15,189 nt of DNA, taken from the NCBI GenBank assembly GCA_039680575.1, contig JBDKSP010000048.1, forward strand, positions 1-15,189, in the 5' to 3' direction. The position numbers were made by a program, and so were the translations under genes. The DNA is from Armatimonadota bacterium (GTDB taxonomy: Bacteria; Armatimonadota; UBA5829; DTLH01). Below, one piece after another: positions 12,406 to 15,189 of this stretch. Each line of letters begins with the position of its first letter. The stretch's first letter is position 1. A model generated the notes under the pieces. It ran no database searches. It was not told the origin of the DNA and saw only the letters and a list, made by a program, of their open reading frames with translations.

Positions 12406-14959
12406 CAGCAAGGACGCTCACATCATCCGCGAGCCGGGTTCTTAGAACCCGGCCATAGCCTGTCCCGGTCTTCTCAATGCTGGAGACTCCTGTGACTTTA
12501 ACGCAGCAGCCGTCTGTAGCCATACCTGTAGGTCCGATCACCTTGACAGGAGTGCCTGACCCGTCATCCACTGTCATCGATGAGCCTGAAATGAGGCTGC
12601 TTACCCTGCCCCAGGTCGTCTGGAGCACGCCCACGAGATTGATGCCGCTTCCACCGTCGGGACCGATTGCACTGCCGACCGCCCCTCCACCAACCTGTTT
12701 GTTTATGACGCCGTACGGCCCGGAAATAGCAGTATAAGCAGTCGCACCGTCTTCTACAACAGTCACTGTTCCCGCGTCGATGACTAACTCGCCGTTGTTG
12801 TCTCTGCTCAATACACCTTCCACATTCACTATCGAGCCAAGCGAGGGAACAGTCGTGCTGATGACCTTTATGCCGCAGGCTGTGTGGCCTGCTTCCGGGC
12901 ACTGGATGTTGAAAAAGCCCTGAAACGCACCCGTTACCACCTTATCGAATAAAGACACACTGCTTCCGAGTCCCAGTTTCTTAATGGAACTTATACAGTT
13001 GTCGTTAGTCACGACGACACTGCCGTCCGTACGAGGATAATCAGGATAATACACGCCCATCGTTTCGGAATACGCGGTTGCTGAAGACCCTTCTTCGAGT
13101 TGAAGCCCGCTGTAGAGCATGTATGCGTCTGTGCTGCTCGTCCAGTTGACCAACTGGACCTTGCACCGCACTGTTCCGGACGGCGCTGTTTTTGTGAGTT
13201 TCACCTGCTCCCAATTGCCGGACCCGCTGTAGACAGCCTGTCCTGTAGCGAGTGAGTTACCGGAGGCATCCTGAAAATCCAGCCGGACATCTGATTTGAT
13301 CCCTGACGCAGAGCCTTTATACCAGCCGCTGAACGTATATGTTTTCCCGGCAGTGAGCCCCGTCGCATATTGCTGAATCCACTTCCAGTTGGCTGGAGTC
13401 ATGAACCTGAGCGCGGGCAAGCCTGTCTTAGTGTTTATATCGCCTTTCATCTGCATGAGCGGCACATTGACGCTGTTTACATAGATCGACCCCGGATCGG
13501 CATGCCAGTAGGTCGTATTCGTAATCCCCTCGACTGTTCCATAGCGGAATGTCCCGTTTGTCAGTTTGTTTTTATCTGACTTTGCAGCGATGCTTATATA
13601 GTTGAGGCTGCCGACCTTCGCCGGAGCCGTATAGGTCGTTCCGTTTTTCCCGAACGTGATAATCAGCCTCGGGCGATACTTGTCGTAGTAGTCGGCTCTC
13701 CCGAAAGAGACGTTCCATATCTTTCCGTTATGAATATCCCCGGATGATCCTGCCAGAGCGAAGCTGACTTTAGATTGGCCCAATTGAAACGCTTTCGATA
13801 CGGCGCTGGTAACATCGAAATCGATCCAGTTCCCTTTTTCAGCCGTAGTAACCAGCCTGCAGGCACCGTTCTCGACCGGCAGCGGCGAGGTAAGCATATT
13901 GACCGTCGCTGGGTCATACGAGTCTGCCAGCCGCACGACATGGAGGTATAAGTCCGTCGGGTCCGACTCGAAATGCCCTCTGAAGTTGTTCTGCAGCGTG
14001 GCCGAGATAATCTTTCTGTCTTTCGGGACCATCGACAGGTCGAATTGGAGGTACTCTTTTATCGTATAGTCTATCGGGTCATAATCGTTCCAGTTGGACT
14101 GGGTTATAGCCTCATCGGTCCACTCATTCGTCAGATCGGCAGCGTTCCCCGCGCGAAGAGTGACCTCACCTCCAAAGCCTGTCGCGGGACGAAGAGTGAG
14201 CACGGCCTCCGGTGATATGTTGGGGGATGTGAATACCGCTTCATCGAAAGCCAGACACCCCCACTGGTCCGGCTGCGTCTCGGTTCCGGGAGCCCATGAC
14301 TGCTTCTTGACCGTCGATGCGGTCAGCGAGGACGATGTCTGGTTGTAGTTGATAAAGTTCACGCGCCATTTTGCGCCTGACACAGGAGCAGATACACCGA
14401 GAGTGGACCATGGTATTCGGATCGTCTGCTGTATGGTTTTATCGCCCGCGTACCATCCGCTGTTCGTCCACCCGGTGAGCTTATTTGTCTTGGGGTCGAA
14501 ACTTGGGAACTCTCCGGAGGCCTGTCTTGAAGCGGGCGGATAGTTGTTATCGACTGTCGCTAAAAAATAGAACGTTCGCCCTGCCGGAGTTTCTATCCAT
14601 ACAGCGTTGCTGTCGACGACATTCAGCGCGGTAGTAGTACCTTTAGGATAGATGACCGTGGAACGGTCTATATTCATGAATGCGATGTAGAGAGCTGTGC
14701 TGTCGTATGTCGCCAGGACTTCGGTGTGGTTTCTATCACCTGTCTTGCCGCCGAGCCCAAACCAGATAGGGCTGGCTGAATACCAGGCTGATGCAGTTGC
14801 GGGGTCCTGCAATTTGGAAACGACCGGCGGAGGAGTAGAAGCCTTTCTAAGATGAAGAGTAGGAAGTTCCGCCGTCGATGCTTTTACCGGACCGAACGCC
14901 AACGCCATAACAATCAGCAGTCGAGTGATAATACCTTTACGAAAAACCAGAGTATCCAT
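12398..14959 (-). CDS. Secreted multidomain carbohydrate-binding protein: CBM9-like, DNRLRE-like, CBM4/9-like and Armatimonadota-type C-terminal domain, 853 aa
   Basis: Signal-like N-terminus. YDSTALYIAF/IRIPWSTLG/WRVNF (CBM9-like); YLQFDLSMVP..IISATLQ/WIDFDVT/RPRLIITF (DNRLRE-like); NKLTNGTF/GKTYTFSGWYKG/QLEEGSSATAY (galactose-binding-like); C-terminal GINLVGVLQTTWGRV..VDDGSG. Confidence 0.8.
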   Translation of the reverse strand: MDTLVFRKGIITRLLIVMALAFGPVKASTAELPTLHLRKASTPPPVVSKLQDPATASAWYSASPIWFGLGGKTGDRNHTEVLATYDSTALYIAFMNIDRSTVIYPKGTTTALNVVDSNAVWIETPAGRTFYFLATVDNNYPPASRQASGEFPSFDPKTNKLTGWTNSGWYAGDKTIQQTIRIPWSTLGVSAPVSGAKWRVNFINYNQTSSSLTASTVKKQSWAPGTETQPDQWGCLAFDEAVFTSPNISPEAVLTLRPATGFGGEVTLRAGNAADLTNEWTDEAITQSNWNDYDPIDYTIKEYLQFDLSMVPKDRKIISATLQNNFRGHFESDPTDLYLHVVRLADSYDPATVNMLTSPLPVENGACRLVTTAEKGNWIDFDVTSAVSKAFQLGQSKVSFALAGSSGDIHNGKIWNVSFGRADYYDKYRPRLIITFGKNGTTYTAPAKVGSLNYISIAAKSDKNKLTNGTFRYGTVEGITNTTYWHADPGSIYVNSVNVPLMQMKGDINTKTGLPALRFMTPANWKWIQQYATGLTAGKTYTFSGWYKGSASGIKSDVRLDFQDASGNSLATGQAVYSGSGNWEQVKLTKTAPSGTVRCKVQLVNWTSSTDAYMLYSGLQLEEGSSATAYSETMGVYYPDYPRTDGSVVVTNDNCISSIKKLGLGSSVSLFDKVVTGAFQGFFNIQCPEAGHTACGIKVISTTVPSLGSIVNVEGVLSRDNNGELVIDAGTVTVVEDGATAYTAISGPYGVINKQVGGGAVGSAIGPDGGSGINLVGVLQTTWGRVSSLISGSSMTVDDGSGTPVKVIGPTGMATDGCCVKVTGVSSIEKTGTGYGRVLRTRLADDVSVLAVN

Positions 14960-15189
14960 CTCAGTATCTTAGATGAGTCAACTGCCATAATCGTTCCGTA
15001 ACCTGCAGATACAGCATTATCAATGACTGGTTATGTGTCCGTAGGATTGTTACATCATTGCTCGAAACTCTCTATTGATCTTTGCTCTACGTTGAGACGT
15101 TAAGCCAACGAAAGACGTATACATGCATGTTATGAGACATGCATCATTTTCAGACAGACAAAGAGTTCGTTACCTTGCTGCTGATTTGT

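Noticed and set aside
13060..13110. Prophage tail gene, suggested by the QLEEGSSATAY motif
   Set aside because: The motif also ends cellular CBM-like domains. The protein has a signal-like N-terminus and no phage genes are nearby.

Overview
Bacterial chromosomal window, most likely Armatimonadota. This is inferred from the lineage-typical C-terminal domain of the 853-aa protein and a Terrabacteria-type darA-holB pair. From left to right it holds: the left end and first 25 codons of an ISAs1-family insertion sequence (missed by the ORF track); a Wzx-type polysaccharide flippase translationally coupled to a FemAB/GNAT-like gene; a divergently transcribed paralogue of that gene; a repeat-rich gap with what looks like the 3' remnant of a REP-associated tyrosine transposase next to REP-like hairpins; a secreted sialate O-acetylesterase-family gene divergent from a GH36 alpha-galactosidase; darA and holB outside their usual tmk/ricT context; a GHL10-type glycoside hydrolase; a secreted protein with an internal duplication; and a large, apparently non-catalytic multi-CBM protein. 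The intergenic DNA carries several families of short palindromic or heptameric repeats, three of which occur twice in the window. The best leads are the head-to-head GNAT paralogue pair tied to the flippase, the RAYT remnant with nested repeats, a short darA leader resembling half of a c-di-AMP riboswitch, and the putative C-terminal sorting domain. No tRNA, rRNA or CRISPR array was seen. All assignments are by eye, with no database searches.
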